A DNA stretch of 59,769 nucleotides from the NCBI GenBank assembly GCA_024226255.1, contig JAAELU010000187.1:1-59769 (forward strand), given 5' to 3'. Below the pieces are notes generated by a model. It searched no databases. It worked only from the letters and a program-made list of their open reading frames with translations, and was not told the origin of the DNA. Source of the DNA: a bacterium. Lineage in GTDB: Bacteria; Actinomycetota; Acidimicrobiia; Spongiisociales; UBA5794. A program made the position numbers and the translations under genes. This document shows, one piece after another, positions 1-7,914 of the stretch; position 1 is the stretch's first letter, and every line of letters starts with the position of its first letter.

Positions 1-95
1 GGGACGAAAGGATCGGGTTCCTGGAGGACGCCGAGGACTCCAATGCTCTGGCAGTCCAGGTACAACGCGTCCTCAAGGCGGTCGACGCCCGGTAG
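1..95 (+). CDS. C-terminal end of a gene entering from the left edge (..DERIGFLEDAEDSNALAVQVQRVLKAVDAR*), product unknown
   Basis: Open frame from nt 3 to TAG at 93-95 with GC3-rich codons; converges on the sulfotransferase stop. Confidence 0.45.
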   Translation, partial: DERIGFLEDAEDSNALAVQVQRVLKAVDAR

Positions 96-144
96 GTCGG
101 CGAAGCAGCCGAGAACGGGCCTGAGCCGGACCAGGTCTACCGGG

Positions 145-1089
145 CTACTCGTATCCGAAAGCGCCCCGATACGGCGCGGTGATGCGGTCCACCATGCGAC
201 GAGTCTTTTTGGGCATTTCGCTGCGCCACGCATCGTCAAGCACCAGGTCCACAGGACCGGTAACGAACCTCGACGGATTGCCCGACACGGTGTGGTTCTC
301 CTGCAATACAACTCGGTTGCCTTCGATCGCGGCGTTGGCGACCTCCGGCACGTCGGCCATGGCGAGGATGTCTCGCACGCTGCTCGCGGGTTGGGCGACT
401 AGATCCTCGTAGCGCAGCAGGAGGTAGCGGTCGGAGTTGCTACCGAACAGTGAGCGAGTCAATCCATTGAACGCAACCCAGTCGACTGCGGCGCGGCCCG
501 GGCTGGTTGGCCGCATCGGACGTGCGATCGTCGTGTCCAGTTGGGCCTTGGTGCGTCCTGCCGAGTAGACCGCGGCTCGAGGATCACGCACGAGATGAAC
601 GACACGAAGGTCGATGGATGGATTCTTGGAGAGGATATAGAGGTACGTCGACAGCTTGGAGGAGTCGACGATGAAGTTCGCATCTGTTTCTCGGGAAATC
701 GTTTGATACAGAGGTCCAACGACATCTGCAAGTGGTGTCAGCATCCGATCGTAGATGCCGTGGAGTGCTCGGATGCGAGCGAGCGGTGCATAGCGGAGCC
801 GAAGCCGGCCGCTAGCGGCTGCCACCTCGGCAACGTCCACGCCGGCCGGAAAGGCACGAGCGAGGATCCGCGTCCACAGCTCACAATCCGGGAGTGGAGA
901 CGAACACCCACACAGCCGTCGCTCGATGAGGCCGCGCTGCCAAAGCCAGCGAACCTCGCCGGCCGAGAACCCGCCGTCGAAGCTGCCGAGAATGCCGTCG
1001 AGAATGGTGCTGCCGCTGCGCGCCGAGCCCGCAATTGCGATTACTTTCACAGCCGATGGGGCCGGTTGCTCGTGATCAGTTGTCCCCAA
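145..1089 (-). CDS. PAPS-dependent sulfotransferase family protein
   Basis: 5'-PSB motif IAGSARSGSTIL, VDSSK, 3'-PB motif LVRDPRAAVYS, LRYEDLV. Confidence 0.85.
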   Translation of the reverse strand: MGTTDHEQPAPSAVKVIAIAGSARSGSTILDGILGSFDGGFSAGEVRWLWQRGLIERRLCGCSSPLPDCELWTRILARAFPAGVDVAEVAAASGRLRLRYAPLARIRALHGIYDRMLTPLADVVGPLYQTISRETDANFIVDSSKLSTYLYILSKNPSIDLRVVHLVRDPRAAVYSAGRTKAQLDTTIARPMRPTSPGRAAVDWVAFNGLTRSLFGSNSDRYLLLRYEDLVAQPASSVRDILAMADVPEVANAAIEGNRVVLQENHTVSGNPSRFVTGPVDLVLDDAWRSEMPKKTRRMVDRITAPYRGAFGYE

Positions 1090-1120
1090 TTGTCATCCAA
1101 ATCCGCGAGCTCGTTGTGCC

Positions 1121-1145
1121 CGCAACGGCAGAAGTTGCCGTTGCG
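1121..1145. repeat. Perfect 10-bp inverted repeat in intergenic DNA
   Basis: CGCAACGGCA-gaagt-TGCCGTTGCG. Confidence 0.6.
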
Positions 1146-1218
1146 AGAGAAGCCAAGGGTACTGACTATTCATGGCGACAACCCAGAACCGGTCTGCCGT
1201 TACCTCGCCGGAATCGTG

Positions 1219-1244
1219 GTGTCGGCCCCGCAGGGGGCCGACAC
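1219..1244 (-). terminator. GC hairpin just downstream of the tail-collar gene
   Basis: GTGTCGGCCCC-gcag-GGGGCCGACAC, 12 nt past the stop; no U tract. Confidence 0.5.
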
Positions 1245-1256
1245 AGACACTGCGGG

Positions 1257-2030
1257 TCAGAGTGGCGAGATTGTGTGCGTGTGCGCCGGCAGGTTGGCGA
1301 CCGAGATTGTGGTTGTCTCCGAACCGCCTCTTTCACCAAGACGACGATTCGAGAGCCCTGGGCCAGTTCCCATGTGGATCGGCGAACGGCCGCGCATATC
1401 GGGGAGCGCAAACGTCGTGCGCCCGTCACCGCCGTACGTCGTGCCGAGTACGGAGAACAAGGCCGGGTTCTGGCTGATCTGGAGCAATTGGCCGTTGCAC
1501 AATGCCCAGCCACGAGGGGCGAAGTTACCGGCGAACCACGAGATCTCGCCGAGATATGGATCGGTTCCGAGGAGCTCGCTTTCTGCCTCTGGACTGTCAT
1601 TCCGAGGGGGGAAGGTGCCCTGAACAGCAATGATGCAGTTGATCCCCAGATACGGGTCCATGTTGTTGACGGCCTGGCCCGAGCCGGTCGCATCGGTCGC
1701 GGCTGGAACCACTCCGGGGGGACCTTGCGGGCCTTCAGGCCCCTCGCGGCCTCGGCGACCCCTAGCGCCCTGTGGTCCGATTGGCCCGTCCGCATTCCAG
1801 GTCATTTCGACCTGCACGTCGTTGCAGGGTCGGGCCGGTTCGGTACCAAGCGCCACGCGCCGAATCTTGCCTAGGGGTGTTAGACAACCTGTGTACTGGT
1901 CGGCCGCCACCTCTTCGACGGTCGATCCATCGGAGGCAGCACCGAGAGCGGCACCTGCCAGAACTGACGCAAAGAGAGCACCGACAGCAATTAGCACGAT
2001 GAGCGACGACGACTTCCATGAGCGACGCAT
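1257..2030 (-). CDS. Secreted protein with collagen-like repeat and circularly permuted phage tail-collar (MdpB/COG4675-type) domain
   Basis: GAGGAGG RBS before ATG 2030; signal peptide MRRSWK..AALGA; (Gxy)8 GPIGPQGARGRRGREGPEGPQGPPG; YLGEISWFAGNFAPRGWALCNGQLL..LGTTYGGDGRTTFALPDMRGR. Confidence 0.85.
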   Translation of the reverse strand: MRRSWKSSSLIVLIAVGALFASVLAGAALGAASDGSTVEEVAADQYTGCLTPLGKIRRVALGTEPARPCNDVQVEMTWNADGPIGPQGARGRRGREGPEGPQGPPGVVPAATDATGSGQAVNNMDPYLGINCIIAVQGTFPPRNDSPEAESELLGTDPYLGEISWFAGNFAPRGWALCNGQLLQISQNPALFSVLGTTYGGDGRTTFALPDMRGRSPIHMGTGPGLSNRRLGERGGSETTTISVANLPAHTHTISPL

Positions 2031-2209
2031 TGCGCTCACCTCCTCTATGGCGTGACGGCACCCCTCACAGAGTTGACTGGAGACCATCGCACCGCCCTTG
2101 TCATCGAACATACCAGTCTGCGCAGGCTGAGTCTGGATGCTCTCGGCTCGATTCCTTCACGAGTCGAGTAGCTCCGATTTCGCGACCACGCGATCGCGCT
2201 TTCATGCGC

Positions 2210-2225
2210 TACAGTCATCTTCCGA
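2210..2225 (+). promoter_or_regulatory. Putative -10 element TACAGT and TCCG start region of the pyrB leader transcript
   Basis: TACAGT at 2210-2215 followed by CATCTTCCG then ATG at 2225. Confidence 0.5.
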
Positions 2226-2308
2226 TGTATGAGGTGTCGTTACCCCGAGCGTTGCCGTCCTGGCGGACGGCTTTTTTTCTGCCCGGATTCGATTCCTCAA
2301 CGGGATGA
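2225..2308 (+). CDS. Putative pyrB leader peptide MYEVSLPRALPSWRTAFFLPGFDSSTG (27 aa)
   Basis: ATG 2225 to TGA 2308 reads through the terminator hairpin, as pyrL does in enteric pyrBI. Confidence 0.4.
   Translation: MYEVSLPRALPSWRTAFFLPGFDSSTG
2254..2278 (+). terminator. Intrinsic terminator/attenuator upstream of pyrB
   Basis: GCCGTCC-tggc-GGACGGC followed by T7; the upstream gene is divergent so nothing else needs terminating here. Confidence 0.75.
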
Positions 2309-2354
2309 GTTGCTGGACTCGTCTCGATGAAATGAACAACAAGGAGTACATCGG

Positions 2355-3332
2355 ATGACAACGCGGCGGCTGACGGAACACCTCCCCTTCGGAGAAAAGC
2401 GGGACCCTCGATTTTTCGGACAGGACATCTTGTCGGTGTCCCAGTTCAATCGTGAGGACCTCGAGACCATCTTCGAGGTAGCCCACGAGATGTACGGCAT
2501 GGTGGAACGGATCGGAACCTTCGATCTGCTCAAGGGCAAGGTACTGACCAACCTCTTCTACGAGCCATCGACTCGAACGTCGTCATCGTTTGTGGCTGCA
2601 ATTGAACGACTCGGCGGCAGTGTCGTGCAGATCAATAACGTCAAATACTCCTCGGTTTCCAAGGGTGAGACTCTCGAGGACACCATCAAGACGATGGAGT
2701 CCTACACCGACGCCATCGTGCTGCGTCATCCGGAAAAGGGCTCCGCAGCCCTGGCCGCGGCAGCGGCAAGCAAGCCGGTCATCAACGCTGGTGACGGGCC
2801 GGGCGAGCATCCGACGCAAGCACTACTGGACACCTACACCATCAGTGAAGAGATGGGAACCATCGACGGCCTGACCGTCACGATGCTGGGTGACCTCAAG
2901 TACGGCAGGACTGTGCACTCATTAGCCAAGTTGCTCACGCTCTTCGATGTGAAGATCAACTACGTCTCTCCCGAGGCTCTGAAGATGCCAGAGCTCCTGA
3001 TCAAGGAAGTCGATGCCGCCGGTATCGACCAGTACGAAACCACGGACCTAGACGAAGTGCTTGCCGCCACCGACGTGCTCTACGTCACCCGGATTCAGAA
3101 GGAGCGTTTCGAAGATCCGAGCGAGTACGACGAGGTCAAGGATTCGTACATCATCACCAACGAGACGTTGCGGGCCGCCAAGGAGGACATGATCGTGATG
3201 CACCCGCTCCCCCGAGTTGGCGAAATCGCAACCGAGGTCGACAGCGATCCGCGAGCTGCTTACTTCCGCCAGATGGAATATGGCATGTACGTGAGGATGG
3301 CGTTGCTGTCCCTCGTTTTGGGTCGCGCGTAA
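2355..3332 (+). CDS. pyrB: Aspartate carbamoyltransferase catalytic subunit
   Basis: [59 protein letters not shown]; AAGGAG RBS. Confidence 0.97.
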   Translation: MTTRRLTEHLPFGEKRDPRFFGQDILSVSQFNREDLETIFEVAHEMYGMVERIGTFDLLKGKVLTNLFYEPSTRTSSSFVAAIERLGGSVVQINNVKYSSVSKGETLEDTIKTMESYTDAIVLRHPEKGSAALAAAAASKPVINAGDGPGEHPTQALLDTYTISEEMGTIDGLTVTMLGDLKYGRTVHSLAKLLTLFDVKINYVSPEALKMPELLIKEVDAAGIDQYETTDLDEVLAATDVLYVTRIQKERFEDPSEYDEVKDSYIITNETLRAAKEDMIVMHPLPRVGEIATEVDSDPRAAYFRQMEYGMYVRMALLSLVLGRA

Positions 3333-3450
3333 CGTTCAAGCTGCAAGGGCCGGGAAGTGACGCCAGTGGCCACCCCCGCGCCGATCGAATGGCAGCGGGC
3401 TAATACATGTCCGGTACGTGACGGCAGGGACGGCTAGGTGGTCCGTCTTG

Positions 3451-3813
3451 CTACTTCTTGGTCGGCTTGGGGTCCAGGGTGCCGATCCAGTTGAAGCTCC
3501 TGTCGAACCACTCCCCCAGCTCTGCCGCGTTGGCGAGTAGCTCCTCGGGCACCGATAGGTATCCGCGCATGACGCTTCCGTACTGCAGAACGGGCCCGCT
3601 GTCATAGAGCTCGAGGAACTCCTCTTGGAGTTCATCTGAGAGTCGCAACGCCATTGAGCCATCGGCATCGAGAAAACTGAACATGTGTCCGTTGCGCGAC
3701 GTGTACGGGTTCTTGGCACCCTTCAGCTCAGCATCGCTCGGACTGCCGTCAACGACAGCGGCGTACAGCTCGAGCGCGGCAGGCGGCCCCTGGTAGTCGG
3801 ATCCTCTCGGCAT
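3451..3813 (-). CDS. TfoX/Sxy N-terminal-like protein
   Basis: PYTSRNGHMFSFL..MALRL, MRGYLSVPEELL..LGEWFDRS..LDPK pattern. Confidence 0.65.
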   Translation of the reverse strand: MPRGSDYQGPPAALELYAAVVDGSPSDAELKGAKNPYTSRNGHMFSFLDADGSMALRLSDELQEEFLELYDSGPVLQYGSVMRGYLSVPEELLANAAELGEWFDRSFNWIGTLDPKPTKK

Positions 3814-3835
3814 ATCTACCTCCTCGCCTTCCAGC

Positions 3836-4435
3836 CTATTCGCCCGAGAGTCCGTCCACCGGCCTGGGGGTCAAACCAGCGAGAAACGCGCGAGTACGGG
3901 CGAGAATCTGCTCGGCGTATACGGGTTGATAGTCCGCGGATGTCACATCGGCAATCAAGTGCCCCGGTCCCGGATAGAGGAACAACTCCCCGGGAGCATC
4001 GGCTGCGAGTTGGCGAGCCGCCTCGAGATCTTCCACGACCAGCTCATCATCTTCCCCAAGGTGGATCTGCAGACCTACCCCGGACGGCCATCCGTGTGCG
4101 AAGACATCGATCGGGATCGCTGAATGGCACAGCACGGCTGCCAACACATTGGCGTTGGTCTGGGCGAGCTTCTGTGCCGGCAGCACACCAAGGGAAAACC
4201 CGACCACCGCGAAGTGACCTGGGATATCGGCGGCGTAAGCGACGCCACGTTCGATCAGCGTATCGAAACCAATTGCCTCCGCGTGGCGGACACCATCGGC
4301 AACCGAGTGGAACCGGGCGCCTCCGTAGAGATCCGGTGTCGTGACGTGATGGCCTGAGGCGCTCAGCTCATCGGCAAACGCAACCACACCATCGGTGAGT
4401 CCGAGAGCATGGTGGAACAGCAGGACATCAATCAT
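3836..4435 (-). CDS. Dienelactone hydrolase family alpha/beta hydrolase
   Basis: LLFHHALGLT, TPDLY, nucleophile motif GFSLG, FLYPGPGHL. Confidence 0.85.
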   Translation of the reverse strand: MIDVLLFHHALGLTDGVVAFADELSASGHHVTTPDLYGGARFHSVADGVRHAEAIGFDTLIERGVAYAADIPGHFAVVGFSLGVLPAQKLAQTNANVLAAVLCHSAIPIDVFAHGWPSGVGLQIHLGEDDELVVEDLEAARQLAADAPGELFLYPGPGHLIADVTSADYQPVYAEQILARTRAFLAGLTPRPVDGLSGE

Positions 4436-4473
4436 GAATGTGCTTTCCACCGCTTCGGCTCCGAGCCGCTGCG

Positions 4474-4632
4474 TTAGTCATCATCCAGGCTCGCCTTGAA
4501 GGCGATTGATGACCCGGCGATGATCGAGATGACCAGCGCAATCGTGCCGCCGAGCACTATCCAGCCGAGGACCGAGACGGTCCCAACCGCAATCGTGAAT
4601 GGCGCCATTGGTGTCTGTTTTAGCCAATTCAT
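4474..4632 (-). CDS. Small single-pass membrane protein (44-52 aa), absent from the ORF track
   Basis: MNWLKQTPMAPFTIAVGTVSVLGWIVLGGTIALVISIIAGSSIAFKASLDDD*; fills the gap in a minus-strand gene run. Confidence 0.55.
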   Translation of the reverse strand: MNWLKQTPMAPFTIAVGTVSVLGWIVLGGTIALVISIIAGSSIAFKASLDDD

Positions 4633-4707
4633 CGCAGGGACCGTACCAGCCGACGCGAACGAATGCGGCGGGGAGCCTACTCACGCGCCCGTCCTATCCG
4701 AGCCGAG

Positions 4708-5082
4708 CTACATCTGTGCGGTCAACTGAATCTCGACACTTGCGCCGAGCGGCAAGGCCGCCACTCCAATAGTCGTTCGTGCCGGGTAGGGCTCGGTGAA
4801 GTGCTCGGCGTAGGCGACATTCATCTCCGAGAAGTCGCTCATGTCGGTCAAGAAGACCCCCACCGAAACCACCGCCGACCCGTCGAGCCCGGCTGCCGCG
4901 AGAACGGCGAAGAGGTTGGCGAAACACTGCCTGGTCTGGTCACCGACGCCGCTGTCGACCAGCGAGCCTGTGGCCGGATCGATCGGCGTCTGGCCGGAGC
5001 AATAGAGGACTCCCTGGCTGGCTATGGCCGGGCTGTAGGGGCCGACCGACGCCGCTCCCGGCGGCGAGATGGCTTCGCGCAC
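4708..5082 (-). CDS. Rid (RidA/YjgF) family imine deaminase
   Basis: GPYSPA, YCSGQTPIDP, F.EMN..Y..HF..PYPART.IGVAALPLGASVEI. Confidence 0.92.
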   Translation of the reverse strand: MREAISPPGAASVGPYSPAIASQGVLYCSGQTPIDPATGSLVDSGVGDQTRQCFANLFAVLAAAGLDGSAVVSVGVFLTDMSDFSEMNVAYAEHFTEPYPARTTIGVAALPLGASVEIQLTAQM

Positions 5083-5143
5083 GACTCTTCTCCTTTGTGG
5101 TTATGTCGCCCGAAGCTAGCCGGTCGGCAGGTTGCCATCAGGG

Positions 5144-5443
5144 TCAGTCGATCTCGAGGTGGAGGGCAACCTTCACTGTGTCGCCCGGCCCGATCTTCTC
5201 CTTAGTGCGTACTGCCTTCTTGACCGGAAGGAGGTAGGCGCCCAGTTCCTTGCTCGGGAAGAGGGAGGTCGGCCACTCGGTCGTTCCAATCTTGGCCATT
5301 ACCCGCACCGATCCGAAGCCAGGACGCCGCGGAACCAGCTCGAGGATCTCGTCGGATTCAGCGGAGGGAACAGCTACGAAGACCCAAGGATCTTGGGCCG
5401 CGGCGAGGAACAGCTCACCGCTGAAGCGATAGCTCTCACTCAC
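5144..5443 (-). CDS. DUF1905 domain protein
   Basis: WVFVAVP, GFGSVRV.A.IG.TEW.TSLFP, YLLPVKKAVR. Confidence 0.85.
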   Translation of the reverse strand: MSESYRFSGELFLAAAQDPWVFVAVPSAESDEILELVPRRPGFGSVRVMAKIGTTEWPTSLFPSKELGAYLLPVKKAVRTKEKIGPGDTVKVALHLEID

Positions 5444-5450
5444 CTGAATC

Positions 5451-6071
5451 TCAGTCCCACAGAGTGGGGTGGAGCGTCACGGACTGGGCAACAGGCTGCT
5501 CCCCGGGCTCAGGAGGTCCGACGAGGCGTTCGAGTAGTGCCGCCCAATCAAATGCCTCGTTCACTTCCGACGCCTGCACGGTGACGATTCGGTCAGCACG
5601 CACGTAGTTCGGAAGCATGTCGTCGAGAATCGCTTCGATTTCGTCCCGGAATTCGTCATTGACGCTGCGAACTCCGTCAACCTTGAGCGGGACATCGGGA
5701 AGGAGTCGCACGTACAGGTCGTATGTATTCGCCCAATTCTGGATGAGCGGGGTCACGTTGAAGGGGTCCACTCCCCCGGTCGACCGCAGGAAGTACGCGA
5801 AGTTGTCGACGACGGCGCGATCGGTGACGAGTACGTCGGCACGGTTCCGCAACTCCAGTTCCTGCTGAATCTGGGCCATGATCACCCAGAGCTGAGCTTC
5901 CGGGGTGGAGCCTTCGTTGAGCCCGAGCGGGTTGAACCTAATAACCTCTCGTCCAACCTCCACGCTGCGGCCGCTACGCCCAACGGCGCCGGCGAAAGAG
6001 TGGACCGCATTGGTCTTGCGGACTGAGTGCGACCCGATGAAGGCGATTTTGAGAGATGTCGGCGAACTCAT
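5451..6071 (-). CDS. AAA_28/NadR-like P-loop nucleotide kinase with degenerate Walker A
   Basis: KIAFIGSHSVRKT, EV.R..P, VTDRAVVDNFAY, DGVRS; start moved to ATG 6071 to avoid overlap with the PfkB gene. Confidence 0.7.
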   Translation of the reverse strand: MSSPTSLKIAFIGSHSVRKTNAVHSFAGAVGRSGRSVEVGREVIRFNPLGLNEGSTPEAQLWVIMAQIQQELELRNRADVLVTDRAVVDNFAYFLRSTGGVDPFNVTPLIQNWANTYDLYVRLLPDVPLKVDGVRSVNDEFRDEIEAILDDMLPNYVRADRIVTVQASEVNEAFDWAALLERLVGPPEPGEQPVAQSVTLHPTLWD

Positions 6072-6132
6072 CGCTGCTTTCGTTTCTGCGTCGGGTCGCA
6101 CGCTACTGGCCCAGCTGCCCGGTTCGATCTCA

Positions 6133-7065
6133 TCAGCGGTCCAGAAGAGAATCGACTTGGGCGCTCGTGGGCGTCGCCCGGGCCCCAGGCTGGGCCACCG
6201 ACAGTGCCGCCACCGCATTGCCCCGAGCCAGAGCGCCGGCCAGATCGTTTCCGGCCAAGCGCGCTGCAATGAAGCCGGCGTTAAACGCATCTCCGGCGCC
6301 GACAGTGTCCACCACATCGACGGGGTAGCTCGGCGCAGAGGCCACTCCGTCCGTCGAGCACGCCATGGAGCCGTCGGCTCCAAGTCGCGCTATGACGATT
6401 CGATCGTTGCCGGCAATCGACAGGGCAGCTTCTACCGGGTCGGTCTGTTCGGTCAGCGGGACGATTTCATCGGCGGCAGCTCCAAAGACAATGTCGGACC
6501 GTTCGACCGCGGCGTCAACGACCTGACGGAATTCGTCCTCCCAGCCCCAATTCTCCAAGCGCAGATTGAGATCGAAAGAGACGGTGGTTCCGGCTGCATT
6601 GGCCTGCTCCATCGCTTCCAAGATCGCCTGGCGCGCCGGATCTACCCGCAGACACAGCCCCGAGACATGGAGCCAGTCGGCATCTGTCGAGCCAGCGAGG
6701 GCTTGCTCGGCCGATAGAAGCGCATGGGCGCCCCCCGAGGGTGGCCAGACGTAGATAAGCCGGTCGCCGTCGGCAGGGACCACCACGATCACCATCACCG
6801 TCGGGCTGCCCTGGACCGTCGCCAGGCAACTCGTGTCGACCCCAGCGCTTGCCAAGCTGGCAACCGCGAATCGTCCGTAGTCATCATCCCCGACTGTGCC
6901 CACGAACCGGCACCGCTCACCCAGGCGCGCCAAGGCCGCCGCGGTGTTGGCGGCCGATCCGCCGCCGAACAGACGAGGCTCCGGATTGGCATGCGTCGGC
7001 TTGGAGTCATGCGGGAGACGGATCTCCATGTCGACGTTCACGTCGCCGATCACGACGACGCTCAA
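6133..7065 (-). CDS. PfkB/ribokinase family carbohydrate kinase
   Basis: GGSAANTAAALARLG, VGTVGDDDYG, SFDLNLR, DTVGAGDAFNAG. Confidence 0.92.
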   Translation of the reverse strand: MSVVVIGDVNVDMEIRLPHDSKPTHANPEPRLFGGGSAANTAAALARLGERCRFVGTVGDDDYGRFAVASLASAGVDTSCLATVQGSPTVMVIVVVPADGDRLIYVWPPSGGAHALLSAEQALAGSTDADWLHVSGLCLRVDPARQAILEAMEQANAAGTTVSFDLNLRLENWGWEDEFRQVVDAAVERSDIVFGAAADEIVPLTEQTDPVEAALSIAGNDRIVIARLGADGSMACSTDGVASAPSYPVDVVDTVGAGDAFNAGFIAARLAGNDLAGALARGNAVAALSVAQPGARATPTSAQVDSLLDR

Positions 7066-7745
7066 GCCGAGACCTCGTTCCGGGCCGCACCCGCGAAGGC
7101 TGCCACCTTCTCGAGGTCCTTACGGAATCCGCCGTCCGCCGTGGAACGGTTGGTATGGGTCAAGGAATCGACCGCCCAGGGCTTGACTGCGGCGATCGCG
7201 TCGGCAACGTTTTCTGGCGATAGGCCGCCAGCCAGAACGACCGGGATGTCCACAGCGTTGACGATGGCGGCGCTGATCTCCCAGTCGTGGGTGGTTCCTG
7301 CCGCTCCGATGCCGTCGATGGCGGGATCCACGGAGTCGAGGATCAGGTACTCGGCGACTGCAGCGTATGTCACTGCTGCTTCGATTGCCTCTGGACCGGT
7401 CACTGCCACTGCCTGCATGATTGGGAGGCCGGGAAGTTGGCGACGCAACTTGGCGACGGCTTCTGCGTCCATGGCCCCGGGAGGCCCGCACAGATGAAGA
7501 ATGTCGGGCCTGACGGTTGCCACCATTTGCTCGATGAGCATCAGTTCGACTTCAACACTCAACGCGACACTCACGGCCTTGCCCTTGACCGCGTCACAGA
7601 TTGCGCTTGCCGTGGCCAGGTCGATCTCGCCGGGTAGGCCACGGTCGGATGGGGTCACACCCACATGGTGAACACCTCGAGCGGCAACGGCCAGGGCCTC
7701 ATCGGGCGACTGCATGGTGTAGATCTGCACGCGGGGTTGGTTCAC
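7062..7745 (-). CDS. Phosphoribosylanthranilate isomerase (TrpF)-like TIM-barrel protein
   Basis: LILDS, GAAGTTHDW, LAGGLSPENVADAI..VKPWAVDS, KDLEKV..F; N-terminal VQIYT replaces VKICG. Confidence 0.8.
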   Translation of the reverse strand: MNQPRVQIYTMQSPDEALAVAARGVHHVGVTPSDRGLPGEIDLATASAICDAVKGKAVSVALSVEVELMLIEQMVATVRPDILHLCGPPGAMDAEAVAKLRRQLPGLPIMQAVAVTGPEAIEAAVTYAAVAEYLILDSVDPAIDGIGAAGTTHDWEISAAIVNAVDIPVVLAGGLSPENVADAIAAVKPWAVDSLTHTNRSTADGGFRKDLEKVAAFAGAARNEVSA

Positions 7746-7914
7746 GAGCGCATCGTACCGCCGGGAGGATGCTGTCTAGTCCTAGGCCGAAAGGGTGCCG
7801 GCTCGACAAGCGCACCGGGGCACACGACTGCATGTTGGGGGTATTTCGTCTCTGGCCGAGGCGCAGCGTCAGGAACACACTGCGAGTTGACGACCGACTA
7901 CTGCAAAGGAACGC

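Noticed and set aside
1257-2030. Prophage or contractile injection system suggested by the tail-collar domain
   Set aside because: No capsid, sheath, baseplate, terminase or integrase genes; the protein has a signal peptide
2355-3332. Ornithine carbamoyltransferase as partner for ArcE
   Set aside because: [14 protein letters not shown] and HPLP are ATCase signatures; OTC has HCLP
3343-3354. GCAAGGGCCGGG shared with 51246-51257
   Set aside because: A single 12-mer match is expected by chance in 60 kb of GC-rich DNA
6072-6383. N-terminal extension of ORF 5451-6383 in the track
   Set aside because: Overlaps the PfkB C-terminus out of frame; the P-loop domain begins right after ATG 6071
7062-7745. 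Assigning the symbol trpF
   Set aside because: Catalytic Cys motif missing and no trp context
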